A DNA stretch of 64,000 nucleotides from Octopus vulgaris (GCA_951406725.2 OX597833.1:67084001-67148000), one strand, 5' to 3'. Numbered from the stretch's first letter, positions 16,165-30,599 are shown. Numbers and translations: made by a program. Notes: generated by a model not told the origin, from the letters alone.

Positions 16165-16437
16165 CACTTCCCATCGCCAACCGGTGGTTGTTACACGCTG
16201 ATGACGCGTCAATAACCAGAAAATCGGGTCTGTGTGTATCACGTCAGGCTGTAGATGGGAACGATGTCTTCATTTTGCAAATACTGATAGGGCAGAGATA
16301 GTGTGTCAATAGCCAGCTGGAGGAGATGTTTTCCTGGGGCTACAAGCTACAGTAGCATCCAACCTTGTGGGTTAGCCACATTTACGTGGCAAATATACTT
16401 CACGACATCGTGCTGCTACTGTTTATACCTCACTCTC
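16165..16437 (+). mobile_element. Diverged copy of the HHR-containing 352-nt retrozyme-like family
   Basis: Homologous to 30311-30452 and then 30101-30226; HHR remnant at 16184-16241 with an intact CUGAUGA at 16198-16204. Confidence 0.8.
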
Positions 16438-16619
16438 ATACATATTTTCTCCGTTACTTCTAACGTTTCGCATAGCAAAATTCGTTTTACGGGTATACAA
16501 CCATTTATAGGGAACCCTTGGGAACAGCTGTATTATGATTTTCGGATTTTAGAACAAAATCGAGATACGCCAGATTGTAAACTGGACAGCAAAATTGACG
16601 TCCTACTTGGGTAAGAAAA

Positions 16620-18115
16620 GCACATGTATACATACAATCAGTGGTAAAAATAAATATTCATTGAGTCGGCTATAAACACAAATTTCCACCATATCATCTA
16701 TAGCCATTTTTTCACCTGTGTCCTTTATGTCATCATCACTACTGTCTGCATTCTTATCCATATTTCACATCATTTCAGAATTTCCCCATCACTGAAGGAA
16801 TGTTAGTTTGTTAGTTAGTTAGTTAGTTAGTTAATTTGGCTCAAAAGCAAATAGCAAGGCCATGTAGGGGGACATGGAGTTAAGTACAGGGTGGTGTTCA
16901 TGTAAAGAGTTCAGGCCACTTGAGGTCCAGGGAGGCTTTGAGGTGCACCATTGTCAAAGATTTGCATTTCTTCAATGTCCGCTTCTAGATTACTTACTCT
17001 TCCGCGCGATAAACTTTTGGCGTAAGTTACGAATTTTGATATCATCTCATTAACAACACAAAATCCTCCGAAATCGTTGTCTATTCAGTTGTTTTCATCA
17101 AGCATCGTTATTGGCCAATTCTGTGCCAGGCATTTGTTACAGTTAATTTCTCAATATCACTCCAAGCATTCACAACCGGGTAGATGACACCCTTAACATG
17201 GAAATCCTTCAGATAGTCTTGCATTCTTACTCGTTTGTTGATTGCATCAACGCACGACTGGTCATAGAATTATTTTTATAGTTAGTCTTCATGGAACGTA
17301 AAATTCCTAGATCACAATGATGTGAAACAGATGTCACATTACGAGGCAACCAAATGCCAAAAACATTACTTTTTCACTAGAAGTTCGGCAGGGAGGTGTG
17401 TGGAGCAGTTGTCGAAGAATTTTACAGTTTTCTTCCAATCTGGCTTGCCTACAATGAGCTCGTGCCGCTGGTACAAAGCTATAATTGAACCAGTCAGAAA
17501 ATATTTCTCGGGGATCCATGCTTTCTTGTTTGCGTAATAATTAACTCTACATTTCAGGCATCTCGGATGTTGGCTTTTTCCAGTGACTGCCAACTTCACC
17601 TTGTGTGTTCCTGCTGTATTAACACACCCCAAAATAGTTAACCTTTCATTGGCATCCTTAAAACCTGTTGGTGGTGTCTCCTCTGCCGCCATTAAGGTAT
17701 TTTTTGGAACGTAGCGCCAGTACAAAGCTTTTTCAACAGCATTGGAAATTTATTCACGAGAAAGATTTTCATCAGATACGATCTTGGCAAATTCGTCTTT
17801 GCAATTTTCCGCAGTTTCGTAATCAGTAGAAGATTTTTCACCACAGATTTTCAGATATTTTACACCATGACGCTTCTTAAGTTTTGTCAGCCAACCTTCT
17901 GAATATTGACCCTCTCTTTCGATGTTCAATTCTTCATGATATGTTCCAGCTGGTTTCATGACCAGCCAAACTCCTACGGAATATGTTCCTTACTGTGTTA
18001 TCGAATCCATTTTATCACCACACGGTCAAGATCTTCATTTTTTGCCCTATACAGTGTTTTCCTATTTTTCATTACTTTGAGATCATCAACCTCACTATAA
18101 AACTTCAGTAATTTG
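16620..18115 (-). pseudogene. Decayed Tigger/pogo-family DNA transposase (CENP-B-type HTH plus DDE_1), frameshifted
   Basis: ORF fragments SEGWLTKLKKRHGVKYLKICGEKSS (HTH) and YWRYVPKNTL..GFKDANERLTILGCVNTAGTHKVKLAVTGKSQHPRCLK..YYANKKAWI (DDE_1); outer boundaries approximate. Confidence 0.88.
16802..16947 (-). mobile_element. 3' end of a CR1/L2-like LINE nested in the Tigger relic
   Basis: Minus strand encodes ..LKASLDLKWPELFT* (resembles the CR1 C-terminal FK..LD motif), then a short UTR and a (TAAC)n tail. Confidence 0.55.
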
Positions 18116-18300
18116 TACATTATTTACATTATTTACATTATTTACAATTGACGGATATTTATCCTCATCTTGTTTGCTGTTAACACAACGTTTGGGCGGA
18201 TATACCTTCCAGACTTCACTAGGTGTCTTGCGGAAATTTCGAACCTGAGTTCTCATTCTTAAGGTATTTTTTTATGTTATTATTATTATTATTATTGTTG

Positions 18301-18395
<95 letters not shown>
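18115..18395 (-). mobile_element. 5'-truncated copy of the (AAT)n-HHR-(TGTAAATAA)n element
   Basis: Reverse complement of 37345-37636; degenerate HHR at 18182-18227 (core reads CUAGUGA...CAAACGUU); (TTTACATTA)n tail. Confidence 0.8.
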
Positions 18396-18397
<2 letters not shown>

Positions 18398-18841
18398 AAT
18401 ATTGCGTACCTGTATTAAGAACATACAAAGAAATAGCAAAAACAAAAACCGGTTATCATAAATGCTACACGTACCACGTTTGTACACGAGCTGTTGTTTA
18501 AAGTTACATCTCAAAAAAAAAAAAAAATAATAATGTTGCTTCAGATTCATCGAATCCAAACGAGTATCGATTTCTAATAATGGTGGATTGTGTTTGAACA
18601 TTCGCTATTTCTTCTCATTCCGTTTTTAATTTTTCTTCTGTAGCCGTTAATGAACATCTAATTAGACATAGTAATTAACATGCAACTTTATGTATTGTTG
18701 CTCTGTGTATGTATTGAGAAAATAGCGGTTAGATGTCAGTTAGCCATCGTTTGTTGGTTTCGCTGATTGGTTTTCACTGAGAAAAACAACAGTAGCAGCA
18801 GCAGCAGCAGCAACAACAACAACGACAACAACACCAACGAC

Positions 18842-18898
<57 letters not shown>

Positions 18899-19209
18899 GG
18901 TAAAAATAAAGTAAAATAGAAATGTGCCTTCTGCAAGCATTCTCTTTACTTATCGCGATTGTGGCTACACTATCTTTTAAAAGAAAATAATTTGGAAAAC
19001 AAGATAATGGAATGACCACGCAACGTATATAGCATTATACCAAATCAATGCCGATCGTTTATAAGGGTCATATGTAAACTTCCTTAAAATAATTAAGTCT
19101 AATTGCTGTATTTAAGGACAAATTATATATTCGAGTTGAATTTTTCCAATTTTGATATACATACCTACCAGAGATAATACGTATTCAAACTCTCTCTCAC
19201 TCACTCACT

Positions 19210-19298
<89 letters not shown>

Positions 19299-19482
19299 CG
19301 TCAGACTCTTTCTCTCTCTCTCTCCATCTATCTATCTATCGATCTGTCCATCTAGCTCTCTGTCAATATATGCTTACGGGCATATATATATATATATACA
19401 GGTAAAGACAAAAATAAAGAGAAGTAGTGAGACATGAGGGTAGCTTGATAGACAGGTATGATTATATCTATATGCATATATA

Positions 19483-19530
<48 letters not shown>

Positions 19531-19929
19531 TATAAATATACGTATACATTTTCATATATATATATATAATATATATAGGCAAGTCGTTATATTTAAGACT
19601 CAGCTATGACTGGTGTATTAGAATTTTCCTCACATATTCTTAGAGTTTATTTAGTAAGAATTCTGTTTGCCAAAGTTTCAACTTTACTACTTCATCACTG
19701 TTACCTTTCCTTCCTCTTGATCTGCAGTGTTTTTGGCATGTGTAACTATTTGATACTAAAATGAGGTAAAATCCAATAAATACTAAATCAAGAATAAATC
19801 GTATTTTGTTAAGAAGTAAAAAACCCTGTAAATAAATGATGTCCTCCATTTCTAAGAAACCTACTAGCCTTCGGGCAGACAAATCACTTACACACGCATA
19901 TACACACACACACGCACACTTACACACAA

Positions 19930-19974
<45 letters not shown>

Positions 19975-20009
19975 GTCGAAATTCCTCCCTTTCTGTTGTC
20001 AATATTATG

Positions 20010-20067
<58 letters not shown>

Positions 20068-21318
20068 TATATACATATATATATACATATATATACATAT
20101 ACATTTATATATATATGCATATATACATATATTTTATTTAATTTTATTTCATCTAGTTTTAGCTCACGAGCTGTGGCCATATATATATGTATGTATGTAT
20201 ATATGCATATATATATAAATGTATATGTATATACATATATATATACATATACATTTATATATATGCATATATAAATACACACATACATATATATATATAT
20301 ATACATACATATATATATATATATACATACACATACATATATACGCACATACAAGTATATATATCGAGCGTTAAACCAACACATCTGTTTGTTCTTTAAA
20401 TACCCGCCTTCCTCTTTTGGTGTGTTTGCTTTTTGTACGAGTGTATGTGAGAAAACTTGTTTGTAATCTATCAAAATGTATTCGGCTAGGAGGCAATGCG
20501 TTATTACTAAAGATGCTGCACATATGTATTCCACACACAGAACAAATTCTTTCTATTCTGTATCACTCGTGTAAATAACAAACATAGGCTGGAAAGTCAG
20601 TATTAGTTGTACTGCTTTCGTGTTGAAGAATAAACCTATATGTTTTCAATATTTAACTGTATTTCAGCGTAAGATATATGTCTGAAAATGATAATTTTTC
20701 AGCAAATATCGATGTACGTGTTTATAATATTCCAGCGATACCCATTTTTTTTTTTCAAAATTGCAAAAGTCTGCAGGATATGTTGTACTTCTCAGAGAGA
20801 CTCAGACAACAGATACTAGACATGTGATATTGTTGGATGAATATTACATAATGGAAAAATCGAGGTTATAATTGTTAATATAATAGGTCTCCTGATATAT
20901 TTGAATAAGTATATAGAGGTATACACATTTTATAACATTTTATAAAGTGTTGCCGCACGGAATTTTGCTATTGAACAGTTCGCGGTTTCAAAGAGAAGAA
21001 TATATTTTGACAAATTAAATTTAAGTGTTAAAGTGAATCTAACGGGTTTTTGTGTTTTTAAATGGGTTATAAACACCTTCCATGCTGTAATTTGTTTTTG
21101 TTTCTGCGCACAATCTCAGATCAAGTCACCTGCTATGCAAGTACATCTGCCTAGTTTTACAAAGGTTATCAGTAAAATTGTATAACCCTTTGTGTCATTG
21201 TTATATGCACGAGAAGCCCTCTTTTGATCATCTAATACCTTGCAAAACCACACACTCTTTCGTAGGAGGACAAGTATGTTTGCTGGAATCACAATGATGA
21301 AAGCGTCTTTCCTGTGCG

Positions 21319-21349
<31 letters not shown>

Positions 21350-22127
21350 ATGTATTCTATTTATACGGATTATATAAATATTTTATAGGAAGTAGCTCAA
21401 ATTAATGGTATTTACGCTAAGGATTTTGTGATACCTATGGTGTAGGGAAATGGTTATTTAAAAGCTTTACGAAAATCCTAACAATATTGGAACGCAAATT
21501 TACAATAAAAGGATTATACCATATATTTCGTTTCCTATTCATGCATTTTTGAGTAGGAATGCTATTCTTCTTGATATAATGTTTTCTAGCACCGCAGTGG
21601 CAGGGCAGTTAATGCCTCACCGCAATAGTGAATAATGAGGTTAAAGGATTCTCTCTCAACAGATAACCAGAACATGCAATTACTAATGTCATTAACTAAA
21701 CTTCTAAGGATTACAGATGGGTGGTTTGAGGTTATATAAATACACTTAAATTCTCGTTGGGTTTATTGTGGTAGCGGTGGCGGGTCGGTCTTCACAAGTA
21801 CGCTGTACCTTCATCTCGGCGTTCAATGGACTTAAATTCGTAATTACTGTTCTCATTCAGTGACTCTTTTTGTTGGTTAAATATATATTTTCTGGACAGT
21901 TATCCCTCACAAAATTAGCTCGCCATAATCATTTTTAAGGAAAGAAAAAAAAATATATATTCACATAACGGACCTCTCTCCTTCCTAGTAAGTGTATATG
22001 TCACAAAGCAATCAATTCGTGTGAAGCTCCGTTCACATGAAACACGTTACGCTAATCCGTCCAGCAAAAATACGATTATCGTAAAAAAAAAGTATGTGAT
22101 GCTCATACTACAGCAAAGAAACAAGAG

Positions 22128-22129
22128 CA

Positions 22130-22186
<57 letters not shown>

Positions 22187-22192
22187 GCTACT

Positions 22193-22257
<65 letters not shown>

Positions 22258-22261
22258 GCTG

Positions 22262-22330
<69 letters not shown>

Positions 22331-22342
22331 ACAACTACTACT

Positions 22343-22375
<33 letters not shown>
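22128..22375. repeat. (CTA)n(CTG)n(CTA)n(CAA)n compound microsatellite
   Basis: Direct reading. Confidence 0.95.
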
Positions 22376-22394
22376 AATTGTAATGACGATATGT

Positions 22395-22756
22395 GCATCT
22401 CTGATCACGAGAAGAAGTAGTGGGTGAGCATCATAGCCATGTGTTGAGAAGAATTCTTGGGGGCTTGGATAATTCACGTCTGGAAACATGGGTGATTCGT
22501 TCAACATTCTTAAACAATCCTTATTCAGGGACCTTTTGAGCGGGATGGGCTACTCGACCAGAAGTGAATTCTAACTGGGCCCCACTTGCAAGGTCGTGCG
22601 CTGTTTATCTTGATATAAGATCACCATGTCGCGCACCTGTGGTTGTGATGCATATGCCTAGTGTACCCTTATCAGACGGGTAGTCATGATGGGTATACTG
22701 GGCTTCATATATTTTATCCCAGTGTCACTTTGATGGCATGCGCTGCTCTCTCACTC

Positions 22757-22820
<64 letters not shown>
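22395..22820 (+). mobile_element. Probable 3' end of a non-LTR retroelement with an (AAT)n tail
   Basis: GC-richer ~360-nt block ending abruptly in a long (AAT)n; single copy in the window. Confidence 0.4.
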
Positions 22821-22850
<30 letters not shown>

Positions 22851-22857
22851 ATAATAT

Positions 22858-23034
22858 ATTTCTTTACTACCCACAAGGGGCTAAACACAGAGGGAACAAA
22901 CAAGGACAGACAAAGGGATTAAGTCGATCACATCGACTCCAGTGCGTAACTGGTACTTAATTTATAGACCCCGAAAGGATGAAAGGCAAAGTCGACCTCG
23001 GCGGAAATTGAACTCGGAACGTAACGAATGACGA

Positions 23035-23036
<2 letters not shown>
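22858..23036 (-). mobile_element. SINE family B
   Basis: Match to the other family B copies. Confidence 0.85.
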
Positions 23037-23087
<51 letters not shown>

Positions 23088-23603
23088 TAATATTTTTCTA
23101 CATGACTATATTTGATTTTGTAAATGGACAATCTAATGTGCTTATTTTAATGGCTTATCAATGTACATAAGGAATTTCTTTGCCTTATGTGTCAGAAGAA
23201 ATGAAATCAAAATTTGAAAGAGAAAATCTAAGAATAATAATAGTAATAATAATAATGGTAAAAAAAATATTTATGTCAGAATCACAAATTTGAATAAATT
23301 TCGAATATGGAGGAACGTTTACCACTCAGAAAGATTTACGATATTATAGATGAGTTTTATGTGAACCAAAGATTTCATTGAAATATCGTATAAGTAGCAT
23401 TATTGCTCACCTCCCATGAAGATGAATAATTCCAGGAGAAAGTGAGATAGGCAGGTTCGAGGAATCATATTAGATTCCCTCATTTTTAAACATTAAACAG
23501 CTCATCTCACTTCCGTTATGAAAGAATACGTGTTCCCTTATGAAATTATGCACTGGTCCCTTTGTTAATTTATCGGAATATAATTATTCACAGTACCTTT
23601 GTT

Positions 23604-24239
23604 AATTCATCCATTTTGATAAGGTACAGTTCTATCCCTTATTGCAAAAAAAAAAAGAGAATAAAAGAAAATCTTTAGAATTCGGTAGAGGTTTTATTCC
23701 AGTTAGCGATTCCGATTCCAACCTTAATAATGTTATTCTGTACGCTTGGACATATTTCCTGTCCAATGATAACATTCGTTAAGCTAAATAGCAAGAATGC
23801 GTTATTAGTTTTGTAAAAAAAAATGTTAAGACTAAATTGTGTTCAAGTGTTCGTTAATAAAATAATATCCTTGGCAGCTTCCATGCTTTATTTTATTGGT
23901 GTTATTTCACCTACATTGACAATGTTATTGGGAAAGACACAATTCTTCTTATAACATATGTGCGTGCTTCTGACGTCAGCAGATTTCATTATCTGGCAAT
24001 GAATACTATGTTCAAAACACCACAAATATGTATGGGTGTGGTTTATGATATATGTATGTATGCGTGTATGTATGTATGTATGTATGTATGTATGTATGTA
24101 TGTATGTATGTATGTATGTATGTATGTATGTATGTATGCATGTGTATACACATGTATATACACATATATGCGAATATGTATATATATATATACGTGTGTA
24201 TGTGTGTGTATATCTATATAAATATGTATATCTAGACGC

Positions 24240-24276
<37 letters not shown>

Positions 24277-24341
24277 GCGTATATCTGAACACATACATGC
24301 ATGTGCATGTCTGTAAATATATATATATATGTATATATATA

Positions 24342-24410
<69 letters not shown>

Positions 24411-25664
24411 GATAATGTATATACATACATAGACATACATGCATACACACACAAACACGTACAGAGACACACATATATATATATATATGTGTGTCTGTGT
24501 GTCGGTGTTTGTGTCTTCAATTATTTTATTCCGTCTCTCTAGACACTAAAGAATTAACGTGTAATATCTATCGGCAAAACCCGAGACTTATTGAGGTGTA
24601 AAATCAATAAACAAAAGATGAAAACACGTGTCACCAAAGTGTACCGAACAATAATCTTAAATCACCTCGAAAAGATCTGATAAATAACGATAAAAATTTA
24701 ATATACGAAAGCAATAAAGTAAACTCTTTGTTGATATGAACAAGATGAATATATTTGAAAAGTAATCAATTTGAAGACAACAGCAAATTCGCCATGGTTA
24801 TATGTGATAGCGTTGCAAGGCGAAAAATTAAATTCAGTAAATTACTTTCTAATGGAATGGCATGTTAGCTTCTGTTCGTATGTAGTCGCTAATAGGGCAC
24901 TGCAGACCTTTAATGATACCTGAAGACGCGATGAGTTTATTTACGTTATCCACACTTGGCAGCTTAAGGATAACAAACAGATTAACCTTTGCACTGTTAT
25001 GTAAACTTTCGAACCGATAATCTTTACTCGCGGGTTCGTTTAACAACGAAACCCACCCAAAAAGTAGTACATGGTAAAGATATAAGAAATATGTCCCAGA
25101 TGCCAGTAGATGCGTCCGATGATATTTTATTTTCTAAATTCATCCATTTTGATAAGGTACAGTTCTATCCCTTATTGCAGAAAAAGAAGAGAATAAAAAA
25201 AATCTTTAGAATTCGTAGAGGTTTTATTCCAGTTCATGTGATTTTAATAATGTTATTCTTGGGACATATTTCTGTCCAATGATAAATCATATTTAAGCCC
25301 AAATAGCCAAGTAATGTTATTGTAAAATGATGTATGCCTAAATTGTGTTCATGTGAAACGAAGCAATTTGGCAGCTTCCATGCTTTATTTTATTGGTGCA
25401 ACATTGACATGTTATTGAAAGACACAATTCTAATTTAGCAACATATACTGTATGACAATAAAAATTATGCAATGAATACACAAGTTCAAAACAACTATGT
25501 ATTGGTTTAATATATGTATGTATGCGTGTATGTATGTATGTGTATGTATGTATGTATGTATGTATGTATGTATTATAATGTAGAAATGAAGGTATACACA
25601 TGTATATACCGGAACGGCATGTATATATACATATACGTGTTATGTGTATATCTATATAAATATA

Positions 25665-25700
<36 letters not shown>

Positions 25701-25735
25701 GCGTATATCTATTGCATGGCATGTTGTAAATAAAA
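23604..25735 (+). repeat. Diverged direct duplication (23604-~24320 vs 25137-~25735)
   Basis: aattcatccattttgataaggtacagttctatcccttattgc and the downstream sequence occur twice, offset 1533. Confidence 0.85.
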
Positions 25736-25752
25736 TATATATATATATATGT

Positions 25753-25818
<66 letters not shown>

Positions 25819-26021
25819 ATCTATATACATACATACATATCTATCTATCTATCAGTCTATCTATCTGTCTGTCTGTCTGTATGTCTGTCTGTTCATACAT
25901 CTATCTATCCATCTAACTGTCTATTCTCCTCTCCCTCGCTCACTCTCTTTATCTGTTCGTCGCTCTTTCTCTCTTTCCGTCTGTATACTCATACACACAC
26001 GCAGGCACACACATACATATT

Positions 26022-26052
<31 letters not shown>

Positions 26053-26081
26053 CATACATGCATACATATATACTTACAAAG

Positions 26082-26143
<62 letters not shown>

Positions 26144-26801
26144 GTATATATGTATATATGCATGTCTATATAAACGCACACACACACACACATATATATA
26201 CATATATGTATATATCTGTATTTATATATATATAAAATATATATATAATATACTTTCTTTCTCCCACAATTTCATGCTGCCTCTCTCTCTCTCTACACAT
26301 ATACACAAGCACAAACAACTACACAAACATACATATATGCCTGTGTCATTACAGGCAATAATTTGTGCGGTAGTGGGGATGTAAATCTTTGTCAAGATTC
26401 GACGATAAACTAAACCCCGTACATAGAATGCGTGGAACATTTCATCTCTGCTGCTTCAGCTCTCGAACCAAAACCACAAAGACAAAGAGTTATAGAGGGA
26501 AAATCAGTAAATAACAAAAATGAAAAACGAAAAATTAAAGTATAACGCTGAATGATGCAATTCGTGTTTTGAGACATTTTTTTCATTATAAATCAGTGAT
26601 TGTCACCTTTCGAAAGTTATCATATTTTATCAGAAAATCAATTTGAATGGTTGATTATGTTATTTGGGAGTATTTCAGGTTCTTCTGAGAGAGATTCTTA
26701 TTAACATATCATGGCGTTTGGTGATAAATATTATTTGGTAAAAATTGAGAAAGTGGAGATAAAAAAAGAAAAATAAAACAACAAAATATATTAAGTTAAA
26801 T

Positions 26802-26866
<65 letters not shown>

Positions 26867-26923
26867 TATATATATAAAAAAAAAATAAAATATATATATA
26901 TAAATATATAAAAAAAAAAAATA

Positions 26924-26968
<45 letters not shown>

Positions 26969-27016
26969 AAAAAAAAAAAAAAAATATATCTATATATATT
27001 ATCTATCTGTCTAAAA

Positions 27017-27053
<37 letters not shown>

Positions 27054-27098
27054 CTATCTAACAATCTATCTATCTATCTATCTATCTATCTATTATAT

Positions 27099-27134
<36 letters not shown>

Positions 27135-27211
27135 ATATCTATCTATCTATCCATCTATATATATATATTCCTCTCCTCGCTATATATTATATCTGTTCGT
27201 ATCTATATATC

Positions 27212-27262
<51 letters not shown>

Positions 27263-27302
27263 TATTTATATATATATATATATATATATATACAATATAT
27301 AT

Positions 27303-27439
<137 letters not shown>

Positions 27440-27455
27440 ATATTTATATATATAT

Positions 27456-27494
<39 letters not shown>

Positions 27495-27523
27495 CTCTAT
27501 ATATATACACATATATTCTAAGC

Positions 27524-27555
<32 letters not shown>

Positions 27556-27957
27556 CATTACAGGCATATATATATGTAAATATATGTATAATATTTATAA
27601 GATATACGATAAATATATATAGAATGCGTGGAACATTTCATCTCTGATAAGCTCTCGAACCAAACCACAAAGACAAATATTATAGAGGGAAAATAGTAAA
27701 TAACAAAAATGAAAAAAAAAAAAAGAAAGGGAATAAAAAATAATAATAATATATAAGTTGAATTACATTCATATATATATGTATATATATATATATATAT
27801 AAAATATATCTATATATATATGATGGACATGTGTACATTACGTATGCATACTTATCCACAGTTGCCTAGTTTTATTAGTATATAATAAACCAAAATATAA
27901 GTTTGTACGCACACACACACACATATATAAGTAGATATATATATATACTTATATATA

Positions 27958-28011
<54 letters not shown>

Positions 28012-28789
28012 CATATATATATATATGTATGTATATATGTATGTATATATTTATGCGTATATATTTATATATATATATGTACTTACATCGACACACCCAC
28101 ACACTCACGCACACATATTTTTGTATATTCGATCTATGGCTTCTTAAGACTGACAGATGCCTACTGCTTCTACTATATATGTATATATATATATATATGT
28201 ATATATAATGTATATATATATGTATGTGTGTATGTGAGTGTTTGTGCGTGTATGCATGTATATACATATGCGAGTGTATATGTGTGTGTGTGTGTGTGCG
28301 TGTAAATTTAGGGAATTAGAAAATACTAATGTTTTAAAAGAATGCAGTGCACGACGCTCAGTTCAGTATGTTTTTCGGTTGACAGTAACCTCGACGATTT
28401 GCCATATAATACCTTTCCATCTGTGTCATAATCCTAGTTGTTTATGATTAATATGTTATTGAAGTTGTGAAAAAAAAAGTGGTTTTGATAGGCAATATAG
28501 AATTATCGGTAAACAGAACGTAATGACCAATATGGTGTACAGATGTATATTCTATATTGTATGGTTAAAATGATAGATAATAACGTATGACCCTATAACA
28601 ATACTATATCATATTCTGCTTAAACTAGAAGGGAAACCAAATAGGCAACTTCGCCACCACTATCGCCTCAAATATTACTGTTCAATTCACAGGGCGGAAG
28701 TACTTTTTTTTTTAACATGACTAAGACCATGTCTCAATAATTTTTTCTCTTCAGAACCAGATTTATTTCAATCGACAATATTGATGTTC

Positions 28790-28930
28790 TGCCAAGATGA
28801 ATTGAAGCCAAGCGTTGCGCCAACGTCGAAAATAGTTCTACTGCATCCTCCATGCGCACATGCACATCCTGGAAAGGTTCACAGGTTCTCGCTTCTCTCA
28901 TAACCCATGCTGAGCCCAACCCTCCATAGG
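28790..28930 (+). mobile_element. Possible decayed RTE LINE C-terminus
   Basis: IEAKR..SSTASSMRTCTSW..ASLITH resembles the RTE C-terminal EAKR...TC..C...GLISH zinc-finger tail. Confidence 0.35.
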
Positions 28931-29270
28931 CCTTACCGATCCCAACATACAGCATTCTTGACAAATCACTACTTTTACTCATGCCTTTCCCTACCGCCAT
29001 CATCATACAACAAGCCAAAACTTAACGTCTTCTCTTTTGGGAGGAAATATGAAGACCGCAGACTCTTCCTGTTACTTCAAATTATTCTCACAAAATAAAT
29101 AGAATGGCGTGAATAAATGCGACAAACATTGAAAGTATTGTTATAGTGATTATCAGCTTAAACAAATATTACAAATGATTTTTTAGTTCAGTTGCTAATT
29201 TGATTTTAATTAATCAGTCTGCCAACAGAATATAGTGAACATGTAGATGAATTTTATAATTAATGTGATT

Positions 29271-29688
29271 ATAGGCGCAGGAGTGGCTGTGAGGTAAGTA
29301 GCTTGCTAACTAACCACATGGTTCCGGGTCCAGTCCCACTGCGTGGCATCTTGGGCAAGTGTCTTCTGCTATAGCCCCGGACCGACCAATGCCTTGTGAG
29401 TGGATTTGGTAGACGGAAACTGAAAGAAGCCTGTCGTATATATGTTTATATACATAAGTGTGTGTGTATATGTTTGTGTGTCTGTGTTTGTACCCCCATC
29501 ATCACTTGACAACCGATGCTGGTGTGTTTACGTCCCCGTCACTTAGCGGTTCGGCAAAAGAGACCGATAGAATAAGTACTGGGCTTACAAAGAATAAGTC
29601 CCGGTGTCGATTTGCTGGACTAAAGGCGGTGCTCCAGCATGGCCGCAGTCGAATGACTGAAACAAGTAAAAGAGTAAAAAGAGAGAGT
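29271..29688 (+). mobile_element. SINE family A, full length
   Basis: ataggcgcaggagtggctgt...aaacaagtaaaagagtaaaa. Confidence 0.92.
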
Positions 29689-29770
29689 ATAGGTTTCAAT
29701 ATAATGTTTCAGAACATTGTAAAATAATTTATCTTAAATAAGAAACTGAAGTTTTGTAAATTATATGTAT

Positions 29771-29812
<42 letters not shown>

Positions 29813-30017
29813 TAATAAAAAGAATTCCAACCTTGTCTGATTTTCACGTTTTATTTACAATCTTATAATGATATATTATAAGATAATATATTATAATTGA
29901 ATAAAATAAAATGAAATAGTAGAATGTTAAATATTCATTCTGATTGAACTAGTACTTTCATGCATTGAATTCTGCAATCTTCGGGTTCATGTAGTAGTGT
30001 TGACAGTCATGCTTCAC

Positions 30018-30100
<83 letters not shown>

Positions 30101-30101
<1 letters not shown>

Positions 30102-30542
30102 CCAGCTGGAGGAGGTGTCTTCCTGGGGCTACAAACTACAGTAGCATCCACCCTTAGGGGTTAGCCATATTCAAATGGCAAATATACGTCACGATGTGTT
30201 GCCGCTACTGTTTATAACTCGCTCTGAGATTAATCATTGTTTGATTTCACTTTTTCAATATCAGTGTCAATCGATACTGGAAAAAGTATATGTATTTATG
30301 AGGGGAACTGACTTCTCGTCGACAACTATGATTGTCACACGCCGATGATAGGTCAATACCTTGAAACTCGAGTCCGTGTGTATCATAAGGTGAAGACGGG
30401 AAGGATGACTTCCCTTCACAAATACTGATAGGGCACAGAAAGTGTGTCTATAGCCAGCTGGAGCAGGTATCTTCCTGGGGCTACAAACTACAGTAGCATC
30501 CACCCTTAGGGGTTAGCCATATTCAAATGGCAAATATACGTC
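30101..30542 (+). mobile_element. Retrozyme-like element: 352-nt unit plus 90-nt terminal redundancy, inserted in (TA)n
   Basis: 30101-30190 is repeated at 30453-30542 with 2 mismatches; internal type I HHR; (TA)n on both sides. Confidence 0.8.
30327..30387 (+). ncRNA. Type I hammerhead ribozyme motif
   Basis: uaugau-ugu-cacacg CCGAUGA u aggu-caau-accu u GAAA c-ucga-g UC cgugug-u-aucaua; GUC triplet at 30372-30374; core has U4C. Confidence 0.8.
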
Positions 30543-30543
30543 G

Positions 30544-30596
<53 letters not shown>

Positions 30597-30599
<3 letters not shown>

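Noticed and set aside
30101-30542. Interpretation as a mini LTR element (TRIM)
   Set aside because: No TG...CA ends, PBS or PPT; the permuted copy at 16165 and the internal HHR fit a retrozyme better
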